The position numbers and the translations under genes were made by a program. DNA of 43,778 nucleotides from Octopus bimaculoides (Eukaryota). The DNA lies in assembly GCF_001194135.2 (NCBI RefSeq), contig NC_068981.1, positions 187,683,286 to 187,727,063 on the forward strand, given 5' to 3'. Below are positions 1 through 9,271 of this stretch, in pieces. The notes beneath the pieces are model-generated. The model made no database searches, was not told the origin of the DNA, and worked only from the letters and a program-made list of their open reading frames with translations. Numbering within the stretch: position 1 is the stretch's first letter; the number at the start of each line of letters is the position of its first letter.

Positions 1-132
1 ATATATATATATATATATAGGTCCAATAGAGATAGAAGCATAAAACAAGTACTGCATCCAGTCAGAGATAAATATCAATTTAATACTGAACCGAAAAAGC
101 TACTAATAGTTTCATGCTTTTATAAATAACTC

Positions 133-342
133 TTATTCTGTGCCGACGAAGATAAAGAAACCTGAAGAAACTACAGATACCGCTTTGTGCTGGGTGGAGG
201 CGCTAATCTCTCCTGTTGAAAAATATAAGGACACAGATCATGAGTCGTATACCCACCTAGAGACGACGTCTTCTGGGGCTAAACAACAGTTGCATTCATC
301 CCAAGCGGGACTGACACATTAAGTTGGCAAATAATCGTTACT
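133..342 (+). mobile_element. Hammerhead-headed ~210-bp dispersed unit, copy 1 (Penelope pLTR/retrozyme-like), ribozyme decayed
   Basis: Aligns end to end with 486-701 (about 80% identity by eye). Both start TTATTCTGTGCCGACGAAGA and end TTGGCAAATAATCGTTACT. The stem III/cleavage region is deleted in this copy. Confidence 0.75.
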
Positions 343-485
343 TTAAAGTACTGCTACTGAATATCTCTCGTTGAGAGATTTAGGAACAATAATGTTTCTA
401 TTTATTAGATCAGTGACTGTGTGTCACTTAGAAAATTATATATATTTTCGAACGAATGTGTAGCAGCGTCATCTCAGCCAAAGAG

Positions 486-697
486 TTATTCTGTGCCGAC
501 GAAGAGAAATAACCCTGAAACCATACGGTCCACAGATACTGCTTTGCGCTGATTGGGGGTGCTAAGCACCTCTGTTCGAAAATATAAGGACACAGATCGT
601 GTGTCGTATAGCCAGCTGAGGACGATGTCTCCTGGGGCTAAACAAGAGTAGCATTCGTCCCAAACGGGACTGCCACTTTATATTGGCAAATAATCGT

Positions 698-701
<4 letters not shown>
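486..701 (+). mobile_element. Hammerhead-headed ~215-bp dispersed unit, copy 2 (Penelope pLTR/retrozyme-like)
   Basis: Direct repeat of 133-342 at a 353-bp offset. Contains a complete minimal hammerhead fold at 490-536 and runs directly into (TA)n. Confidence 0.75.
490..536 (+). ncRNA. Minimal type-I hammerhead ribozyme motif (core variant CCGACGA)
   Basis: Stem I TCTGTG(490-495)/CACAGA(531-536); core CCGACGA(496-502); stem II AGAG/CCCT with one mismatch and AAATAA loop; GAAA(517-520); stem III A-CC-ATAC-GG-T; cleavage triplet GTC ending at 530. Confidence 0.75.
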
Positions 702-738
<37 letters not shown>

Positions 739-1264
739 CACACACACGAGATACAGCATAGTGTTGGAACGATCAAATATCATTTGTTTTTAAATTATCT
801 CAAAGAAATGGCAAGATATTTCTCGAATGTAATACATCTTCCTATAATGACGTATTTTCTTCTTACTTTTCCATTGTACAGAGTAGTCTAACACTGACAT
901 TTATTTAAACAACTTCGCAGTCATTAAAGCCAACCGGTTTAATAATTTGATTAGTAAACTTAGCTTATTTTTGCTTAGTGATGACTTTAATCCTTGTTGT
1001 GAAGTAGACGTCAGAAAATCAAACAAAGCGAACCAAAACAAACACTGGGCTCTGTTTAGATGTACATCATGTGTCTGATACACCGTCGTTTTAAACGGTA
1101 GAGACTGAATAATGTGTCTCGTTCAGACACTGAAGTGATTGTGGAATCCAGTTTCTTATTAAACATTACTTATACATCTAAATTCAAATATATTTTTTTA
1201 AATCTCACCTTATCATCTTTTTTTAATTGTATCAAATTTGGCACAATCCAGTTGTGGTTTTAGA

Positions 1265-1443
1265 AGGAGTTGATCAAATATATTTTGTATTTTACTGATA
1301 CTTTGATACTTTGTTTTATCGACTCCGAAAAGGTAAAGGCCAAGTCAATCTCAGCAGAATTTGGGCGCAGAACATAAAGAGCCGAACGAAATACTGCTAA
1401 GCATTTAGTACAACGCTCTAACTATTCTTTCAGCTCATCGCCT
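1265..1443 (-). mobile_element. tRNA-derived SINE family A, degenerate copy
   Basis: Reverse complement reads GGCGATGAGCTG...AATGCTTAGCAGTATTTCG...GCCTTTACCTTTTCGGAGTCGATAAAAC, matching the copies at 2930 and 40832. Confidence 0.75.
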
Positions 1444-1479
1444 AATATAATTTTTTGAAAAGAATTATATGTCAATGAA

Positions 1480-1640
1480 AGCGCGGGTAAAGCTGTGCAG
1501 TGAAGAAGTTCGTTTTGCAATCACGTGGGTTCAGGTTTAGTCCCACTGCGTGGCACCTTGGGTTACTGTCGTTTCTTATAGCCATGAACCGGTCAATGCC
1601 TTGTGAATTTGGTAGACAGAAGCTGTTAAAGCCTGTTCTT
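1480..1640 (+). mobile_element. SINE family B, module 1 (tRNA head + CORE-like body), degenerate
   Basis: Contains GGTTTAGTCCCACTGCGTGGCACCTTGGG and GAATTTGGTAGACAGAAGCTG, matching the family B consensus seen at 19387 and 36169. Confidence 0.8.
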
Positions 1641-1672
1641 ACTTTCTCTCTCGCTCTCTCTCTTTTCTTTTC

Positions 1673-1900
1673 AAAAGCAGGAAAAATTTGTTGTCGGCAG
1701 CCAGCCATAAGGATAGAACTCACCTCCCTCCAATATCCAGTTGGAATGTTTTACCATTTAAGCTAAACCGCCTGAACACTAAATTCTTCTGCAATTTAAG
1801 AAGTTATAGACTCATCCAGGAACGCTAGATGTCCAACCGGATATTGGAGGGATGTGAGTTCGATCCTCATGGCTGGCTGCCGACAAATTTTTCTGCTTTT
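1673..1900. repeat. Inverted pair of short tRNA-like elements (~70-bp arms at 1673-1745 and 1832-1900)
   Basis: The arms are reverse complements with a few mismatches and one 3-bp indel. Each contains an anticodon-like stem TCCAA/TTGGA and a T-arm; the right arm has B-box GTTCGATCC. The left copy also has an A-box-like TAGCTTAAATGG on the minus strand. Confidence 0.8.
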
Positions 1901-1976
1901 AAAAACAAAAAAAAGGATTTTATCCTTTATATATATACTGTTCAGTATCTATGCGTTGAATAAAATTTACCTTTCT

Positions 1977-2211
1977 NNNNNNNNNNNNNNNNNNNNNNNN
2001 NNNNNNNNNNNNNNNNNNNNNNNNNNNNNNNNNNNNNNNNNNNNNNNNNNNNNNNNNNNNNNNNNNNNNNNNNNNNNNNNNNNNNNNNNNNNNNNNNNNN
2101 NNNNNNNNNNNNNNNNNNNNNNNNNNNNNNNNNNNNNNNNNNNNNNNNNNNNNNNNNNNNNNNNNNNNNNNNNNNNNNNNNNNNNNNNNNNNNNNNNNNN
2201 NNNNNNNNNNN
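1977..2211. other. Assembly gap (others at 11910-12266, 20242-20763, 24741-24771, 31929-32108, 34428-35032, 36582-36674)
   Basis: Runs of N, nearly all abutting microsatellites. Confidence 1.
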
Positions 2212-2234
<23 letters not shown>

Positions 2235-2249
<15 letters not shown>

Positions 2250-2478
2250 GTGTGTGTGCCTTTGTGTTTGTTTGTCACCCTCCCCCAAGCTTCAAGCCTG
2301 AAATTTGTTTACTCCCCGTAAACTAGCGATTCGGTAAAAAAGGGACGGTAATATCACACTCTAAAAGAAAAAAATATATATATAATTACTGGGATCGATT
2401 TGTTCAGCTCACCCCTTCATGGCGGTGTCCCATCATAATCGTAGTTCAATGACTGAAACGAGTTAAGGATAAAAGAAA
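2235..2478 (+). mobile_element. SINE family B, module 2 (3' module), degenerate
   Basis: Begins with (TG)n, then TAGCGATTCGG...GGGATCGATTTG...GGCGGTG...AATGACTGAAACGAG...TAAAAGA. Probably the partner of 1480-1640. Confidence 0.7.
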
Positions 2479-2825
2479 CGGAAAGATATTGTTTTGATTA
2501 TAATCTTTGAAATCATTTATCTTCTTGCGAGCTTGCCTTGGTTTGCCTGACTGCATCATGCTAGCCTCTGCGACCTCGCATAGCTTTTAAGTCTTCAACA
2601 GCGTTCATATAGCGTCCTTACAGAATTTGACGGTTGACTCGTCATCCATCTTGGGATGCCCAGACGAGTCTATAACGAATGAGTTCTTGCTTAGCTCTTT
2701 AGTAATGTTCTGAAAATAAATAAGATTGCTATGAAATAATTAGTAAACGGATTCCGACATTATACAACATTCTAGATTTATCTCTGCACTCATCTTTATT
2801 ATTAATAGTTTTATAATGGCTAGGT

Positions 2826-2922
2826 ATCTTAGGTTAATGGTTAGCTCCCTCAGCCGGAATGTAAGAGGCTCAGCGTTCGAATCCCAGCGGAGCCCTGGTT
2901 GATCACCTTTTTTTTTTTTTTT
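2826..2922 (+). mobile_element. Short tRNA-like element (SINE head or tRNA pseudogene) with oligo-T end
   Basis: A-box-like TAGGTTAATGG (2830-2840), B-box GTTCGAATCCC (2875-2885) and a T15 tract (2908-2922). No convincing acceptor stem. Confidence 0.55.
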
Positions 2923-2929
2923 AAAAAAA

Positions 2930-3130
2930 GGCGGCGAGCTGGCAGATTCGTTGGCACGCTGGACGAAATGCGTAGCGGTATTTCGCCCATCGCTACGTTC
3001 TGAGGTCGACTTTGCCTTTCATCCTTTCGGGGTCGACAAAATAAGTACCAGTTGGACACTGGGGTCGATGTAAACGACTCATCCCCACCTCCCCCAAGCT
3101 GCCCTTGTGGCAAAAATTTGAAATAATTAT
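2930..3130 (+). mobile_element. tRNA-derived SINE family A
   Basis: GGCGGCGAGCTGGCAGA head, GTCGACTTTGCCTTTCATCCTTTCGGGGTCGA body, and 3' end GCCCTTGTGGCAAAAATTTGAAATAATTATTATT. Confidence 0.9.
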
Positions 3131-4163
3131 TATTAGTTTAATTGCAATTAAAAAGTTTATTTTATATAGCTCATATTGGTATATCCCTTACTTTCAAGAT
3201 TTGTGACAAATTCTCAGTAACCAAGAGTTGTTTCAATCTCAACAAATTAAAAACTTTCTTACAATTATTACGTCGATAAGCAATTTTCTATCAATATATT
3301 CTGACAAAATACTTCGTATATCTAAAATTTTAGCTACTTTTCAATTTTATTTTATGCTTTCGTTTGTAACGATGTCTTTATTTGTAACTGACAAACTTCT
3401 CGCTATCTTTTGACTTTGTAAATGAAAGGGTTTACTTTTAAGTTTGTCCTTCAGTCTGCCTATTCTCAAATACCTATATATACAGATATTTAATGATAAA
3501 TACTCTTATGCATGGCTTTGTATATATCAACTCCTCATTTACCATCTTTATATAATAACAGGCAACATGTTTTCTATATTCTATCTGACATTCATTTGCT
3601 CTTTATTTATTCCTAATTTTATTATCTGATATTTTGTTTTATTTCCTGTCTCTTATGTTTTATTTATTATGCTAATGTTGTAGATTAAATTCTGTCCAAT
3701 ATGGTGCTATCAACAGTTGTACTATCAATTGAAATAAGAAATAAATTCTGTTGCACGCTCCAGCGTAAAGATTACCATGGCACGGCAAACGAGTCTCTCG
3801 AATTCTCAAAATTATATTAAGTCATTCGACGTCCGTTTGGGAATATCGATGTTAATAAGATTCTTTAAGGTTGAGTGGCAAGAAATCATCTCCTGAAGGC
3901 TCCTAAGCTGGTGGATCTAGTGTTCAATCCTATTACTTCCACAACCCAGAAGTAGTATTACAAAGGATTAAGAAGGAAGTGTTACGAGAAACCAAATGAA
4001 ATACACTTCATTTTCTTTACAATCTCCTCCGTGTTGTGTAATGTATGAAGAAACTCTTAGATGTTTTCTATAATTCACTCATATATAATCGTTGCAGACG
4101 TCTATATATATTAAAATGAACGAAGTAATATAAGCGTAACTGCAATAAAATTCTGCTGTCAAT

Positions 4164-4220
4164 CTTTTATCTTTCACTTGCTTGAATCATCAGACTGTAA
4201 CCATGCTTGGATACGGCCTT
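4164..4220 (-). mobile_element. Family B module-2 3' tail fragment
   Basis: Degenerate match to CTTTTACTTGTTTCAGTCATTTGACTGCGGCCATGCTGGAGCACCGCCTT. Confidence 0.5.
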
Positions 4221-4289
4221 GTCTATGGTTAAAGAAATTAATTAATTTCCTGATAAATTAAGACATATTCCTTGATTGTGACATGACTT

Positions 4290-5200
4290 ATTCCTGTAAA
4301 TCCTTTAATTATAGAACTAAATTCAGTGTAGTATAAAATAATTTATTTCTAAAGCAGAGATTTTGAAACCAAACGACCCCTATCAAAGTACACTAGAAAC
4401 ATTTTCACTATCTTTATTTAATCCCTTTTCACACGTTCAGTAGAAAAGATGGTATTCTTGCTTACGTTTATTATGCACTCTAGTTTTTGTGACTGGATGC
4501 TCGAACTCAAAAATTTCAGCTTCTTAGATAAGAACACTTTTTCTTGTTCACCAACGCGAAGTATTTGATTATCTTTCAAACTGCCTTCAGGATTCTTCAC
4601 TTTATTTCCAAAGCTGTCAGTAATTTACCAACTACACTTCTCACTTCTATCACACAGCTAAATCTAACTCAGTTATTAGAGACTTTCATTCTTTTACGAT
4701 GCTCCAAGATTTATAGAGATTCGCCTCTTCTTCTCGTCGACTGACATCTCCAAAAATGATTAAGTTTTCCTTCTATCAAAGTGAAACTTATTTCGCCATC
4801 TCGTCAATTCGTATAAACGTAATTGGTTGCAAATTAGAAACATTGGTTTTCTTTTCTAATCAAAAATGAAGTCCTCAATTTACCTCAATCCTATCTTGTC
4901 GAGGCATGAATAGTAGTTGTATAACTGACTGAATACATAATTCTATTCTCAATTAAACTTTTAACATTTTTTATGAACTTATTGAAAGTGCGAATGAAAG
5001 TCAATTCTGAAAGCAAATCATTAAAAGTTCTGTCTTTCTTCCTTTCTAGTTTTAAATATTGGTATATTTTACACAAAGCATCAAAGTTTTTGCACGAAAT
5101 ATATCTATAATTGTATTTCAACAATAAAATAAGACATTCCCAAATGGCTTCCAGCAACAAATCCTTTTCAAAAGGAAAACAGTTTTTCCTTTAATAATTA
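4290..5200 (-). pseudogene. Highly decayed hAT (Charlie/Buster-like) transposase relic
   Basis: Hand translation of the minus strand gives KTNVSNLQPITFIR (cf. E-T-T-D-x-S-N-x-x-Q-L-x-x-F-x-R), ECIIN (cf. HCxIH) and ILYYTEFSSIIKG (cf. LLxHTEVRWLSxG) in the expected order, with many stops and frameshifts. Confidence 0.55.
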
Positions 5201-5697
5201 TTGGAACTAACTGACTTCTAAATTGCTAATGATTATATATTCAATAATGACTATTTAGTTCGTAATAACTATACATTTATGTTATACTGAGTTGAATGCA
5301 AAGGCAAGTTATACAAGGTGGCTTATGCTGTTATATGATATCCTACATACGTATGTATCTTTTCAATCTTAGCCCAGGTTTACAGTAAACAATGTTAAAT
5401 GTTATTTAGTTTCTTTTCTTAACGTTTACGAAGAATCTCGCCTGTAGATTTCCTTCAGATTTACCACGTGATCATTCTTCAAAACGTTGTATTTGTAATT
5501 TATTCCATAGCTAACATTGATCAAACAGTCATATTATCGAAAGGAGTTCAGGCCCGCACAGTGACTGAAAACAAAAAAAAAACAAAAAACACAGAGGCCC
5601 AGGATGGGATTTGTACAAAAATATATTGTCGCTTTTCCTAACGGCAGGCCGATAGACAGCGTTGTAATTCATTCCATTTGAATAAATTTTATAAATT

Positions 5698-5783
5698 ACA
5701 CACACACAGGCACACACGAACACACACACACACACACGCACACGCACACGCACACGCACATATACACACACACACGAACACGC

Positions 5784-5827
<44 letters not shown>

Positions 5828-5833
5828 ACACAC
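5698..5833. repeat. Compound (CA)n/(CACG)n microsatellite
   Basis: Direct reading of the sequence; it produces the His/Thr and Cys/Val ORF artefacts. Confidence 0.97.
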
Positions 5834-5844
5834 ATTAAACAGAA

Positions 5845-6740
5845 TGAAATAATAAAGCCAAAGCTGTGAGGAGTTTTCAGGACATTTATAATGGAATAGT
5901 CTTACAGCTGTTTCTGGGATATTATGGATATCCCTTCATCAAAGACGGTGTGAGAAAATATTTGAGTTCGAATTATTGTGGAGGAGGAGGAGGAGATAGG
6001 GAATGTAGAGGGAAATAAGAGAATGAAAGTAGAAATAAGATATATAAAGACATCGTAGTTGCAGTTCCACTATTCGTGGAAAATGGTGTATAGAAGTGGT
6101 AAAATAGTTTCTTGTACTTGGTATGTAAGTTCCAATTGCAGTTCATGTTTAGTCATTTCAAAGTATGGAGCTGTGGAACCAGTGTTTCTCGTTCGAAAGG
6201 GTTTTGTGGTGTGAATGAAAATTTGAGAATGTATTGGTAGTATTTGTGGATAGAAGAGGGGAGAGGAGAGTTGTATATGATTAGAAAGAGGAGATTGGTC
6301 AAATTTAAAACAGGAAGAGAAAATGAGAGGAAGAAAGAGAGAAAAAAGAAAAAAGAAAAAAGATAGGAAAAAAACAAAAAGTGAAAAGAGGGAAAAAAAT
6401 GTGAGAAAAGGAGTGTTAGTTGGTGGTCAAGATAAAATGTGATGGGAGGAAGGGAGAGGTGTGGGGAGGGATAGGAAGAGATGAGGAGATAAGGAGTAAA
6501 CGAACGTGAGATATGTGAGTAGGAGTCATATGACGGAGCTGTATTAAAGGATGGGTAAAGAAAAGGTAAAGAAAAGGTACGGCTGGGGTGATACCGAAGT
6601 GAGTAGCAGCTTTGGTAGTAAAAATTTAAGTGGAGGGAAGAATACAAGGATGTCAAATTACTAATAAATAGACGTATGAGATAGGTTAGTAATAGGTAGG
6701 AAGCAGAGAGGAAGAAAGAAGGTATAATGACATACGTACG
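5845..6740 (-). mobile_element. Probable Penelope-like element relic (hammerhead-bearing pLTR plus pyrimidine-rich upstream region)
   Basis: Hammerhead at 5899-5946. Weak resemblance of ERETLVPQLHTLK*LN (about 6140-6200) to the RE..I..L.TL.P.GLN end of PLE GIY-YIG domains. Boundaries are approximate. Confidence 0.45.
5899..5946 (-). ncRNA. Minimal type-I hammerhead ribozyme motif with palindromic stem III
   Basis: Minus strand reads GTCT-TTGATGA-A-GGGATAT-CCATA-ATATCCC-A-GAAA-CAGCTG-TA-AGAC. This gives a 4-bp stem I, a C3U core variant, a 7-bp stem II, palindromic CAGCTG and a GUA cleavage triplet. Confidence 0.8.
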
Positions 6741-6839
6741 CATGCACTCACATAGATTATATATGTACGAATATGTATACATGCATATAGACCCACACAT
6801 ATATACAGTCATATACATACGTCTATACATACACATGCA

Positions 6840-7634
6840 TGCTCATGCGCATCTGTAAATGTAAAGATATCCTGACGCATTGTGCATTTCTTCACTTCGT
6901 ATGGGATTTGAATGACGCACAGATGAACATGCAGCCTAATCTAGTTCAGTGCAAGTTTGAACTGCGCCATATCGTGGAAGCAACTAAAACATTTGTTGTG
7001 AAAAAGCAGATGGTGCAATTGATCACAGCATGGCAGTCACATGGTTCAAGAAATTTTTCTCGGGTTGTAAGAACCTCGATGTTCAGGCAAGGTCAGGTAG
7101 GCCTAAAACCGTGGATTCCGAGACCGTGTTCCAATCCCAGCGAGTAGCACTCAAAGGGTACCAAGCGAGCTTGATGTCTCACGGGTGAATGCCATTATAC
7201 GACAAAAATATCCGGCATTCATGAACAAACAGCATGCTCTTCTTCAGCAAGACATTGTAAGACCTCATATCGCTCGAACGACTCGGAAAAATCTCCAGGA
7301 ACTCGAGGGAATTGAATTGAAACTACACCCAGAATATAATCCTGATCTAACTCCAAGGAAGCTAGATGCGGTCTACTTGTTCCGATCCATGGCTTACATC
7401 CTGCGATCGCGACGCTTCATCAACCAAGAAGGGCTGGAAGCTTCAGAGAAGGAGTTCTTCGCCTCGAAGGACAAAAAATGGTATCACTATGGGATCAAAA
7501 GAATGGATGGAAGGTGGTTTAAGACGGTGCAACACAACTGCTTCTACTTTCAATGCTGGGCTGCTTTTGTTGTAACTTGGTGAATAAAGCAAGTAAGTTA
7601 TCAAAATATTGCATAACTTTTGACTCAAACAATA
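6840..7634 (+). mobile_element. Internally deleted or chimeric mariner transposon relic
   Basis: The 5' part matches a mariner HTH region (CKFELRHIVEATK...WFKKF...ARSGRPKTVDSE). It jumps at about 7184 to the catalytic C-terminus (QDIVRPH, HPEYNPDL, LFRSM, FFASKDKKWY, cf. HDNARPH/YSPDLAPSD). A TIR-like end ...ATAACTTTTTGACTCAAACAATA is present. Confidence 0.85.
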
Positions 7635-8021
7635 ATGACCGATTTATTTATCAATATTATATACGGGCAGTATAAGAAAATAAGTATTTATATAGTGGAA
7701 ATGAATTTGATGTAGAGAATTATATAAGCAACATGAATTATGGCATGCGAACAATTTAAATAGGTAGATGTTCTATTAAACTGAACTGCAAGACGAGTTC
7801 TCTCAGAGGGTAGTATCTGAAATGTTACTGACATTGTGGAAAATAGCAGTCTTCTGACAGTAACACATCACTCATTTTATACAAGCAGGTGAAGGCGAAA
7901 TATTTGAATCAGAAATTCTGGTGTAAGCTGAACTTCACAAACACACATATATCGAGACATTTATATACGTACAGCTGTAAATGTGTGCATGGTGCATATT
8001 CGCGTTTATGCAGACATTGAT

Positions 8022-8103
8022 GATTGATTAAGAAGTTCACTTTGCAATCGTTTGGTTCCAAGTTCGATTCCATTGCATAGCGTCTTGAATAAGTGTCTTT
8101 AAC
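8022..8103 (+). mobile_element. Degenerate family B head fragment
   Basis: TTAAGAAGTTCACTTTGCAATC...GGTTCCAAGTTCGATTCCATTGCATAGCGTCTTGAATAAGTGTCTT. Confidence 0.55.
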
Positions 8104-8131
8104 CTGACACTAATTCTGACAGCTTGTAGCC

Positions 8132-8133
8132 TG

Positions 8134-8187
<54 letters not shown>

Positions 8188-8215
8188 GCTACTGCTGCTG
8201 CTGCTGCTGCTGCTG

Positions 8216-8275
<60 letters not shown>

Positions 8276-8326
8276 TTAATAATAATAATACTTTCTGCTA
8301 AAGGCACAAGGCCTGAAATTTGAGTG
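8132..8326 (-). repeat. Family A 3' tail fragment ending in an expanded (TTA)/(TAG)n/(CAG)n trinucleotide array
   Basis: Minus strand reads AAATTTCAGGCCTTGTGCCTTTAGCAGAAAGTATTATTATT then (TAG)n(CAG)n(TAG)n. The tail matches 21960-21993. This is the source of the poly-Ser ORF artefact. Confidence 0.85.
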
Positions 8327-8801
8327 TATATGAAAATAATAATAATGATAATAAAGAAATTAGTGATAACAATAATAATAAAGAATAGAGGACCTGATAA
8401 TAAAAAGCCAATATCACCAAGCAAATATGGAGATGGTGGTAATGAATGGGAGTGTATCCATCATAACTGAAAGGTTAATTAACTTAATTAAAAGGAGAAT
8501 ATAAAAAAAAAATGTTAATACCATTCAAATATGCAAGTATGACAAATTGAACGACTTTATGTTTGTCGTGGAAATGGCACTGACCCATAGAAATAATGGA
8601 GAAATTGAAGTCCTAGAAAAATTTGACGTAGTTTTTTGAGTTCACGGACCTCATATTTTCAGCCTTTGATTCTGAATCTTCGCACAAAATGTAGACGTCG
8701 AGTTAATCTATGAGAAGAAGATGAACAACTTTTTAGGAGAGGAAACGGCTTTGTTCAGTCCTGATAAATGCTCAGATGAAGAGACCATTTCAAAATTCAC
8801 A

Positions 8802-9012
8802 TACTCTCTCTTTACTCTTTTACTTGTTTCAGTCATTTGACTGCGGCCATGCTGGAGCACCGCCTTTAGTCGAGCAAATCGACCCCAGTACTTATTCGTT
8901 TTGGAAGCCTAGTACTTATTCTATCGGTCTCTTTTGCCGAACCGCTAAGTTACCACCGTCGGTTGTCAAGCGATGTTGGGGGACAAACACAGACACACAA
9001 ACATATACACAC

Positions 9013-9105
<93 letters not shown>

Positions 9106-9271
9106 CGACGGGCTTCTTTCAGTTTTCGTCTACCAATTCCACTCACAAGGCTTTGTTCAGCCCGTGGCTATAGTAGAAGACACTTGCCCAAGGTGCCACG
9201 CAGTGGGAATGAACCCGTAACCATGTGGCTGGTAAGCAAGTTACTTACCACACAGCCGCTCCTGCGCCTAT
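8802..9271 (-). mobile_element. Full bipartite SINE family B (module 1 + (TA)n(TATG)n spacer + module 2)
   Basis: Well-preserved ATAGGCGCAGGAGCGGCTGTGTGG head, CORE-like GGCACCTTGGGCAAGTGTCTT, internal microsatellite and (TAAAAGAG)n tail. Confidence 0.93.

Noticed and set aside
140-322. 60-aa ORF MPTKIKKPEE...
   Set aside because: It starts at GTG inside the hammerhead unit, and no equivalent ORF is listed for copy 2.
3909-3919. 11-nt match antisense to recalled miR-279 sequence
   Set aside because: It is too short, does not cover the full seed, and has no precursor hairpin.
5529-5869. ORFs rich in CV/HT/YI/LS repeats here and throughout the window, including those spanning N-gaps
   Set aside because: They are translations of dinucleotide and tetranucleotide microsatellites or of Ns, not coding.
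8110-8424. Poly-Ser ORF
   Set aside because: It is a translation of the (TAG)n/(CAG)n array derived from a SINE tail.
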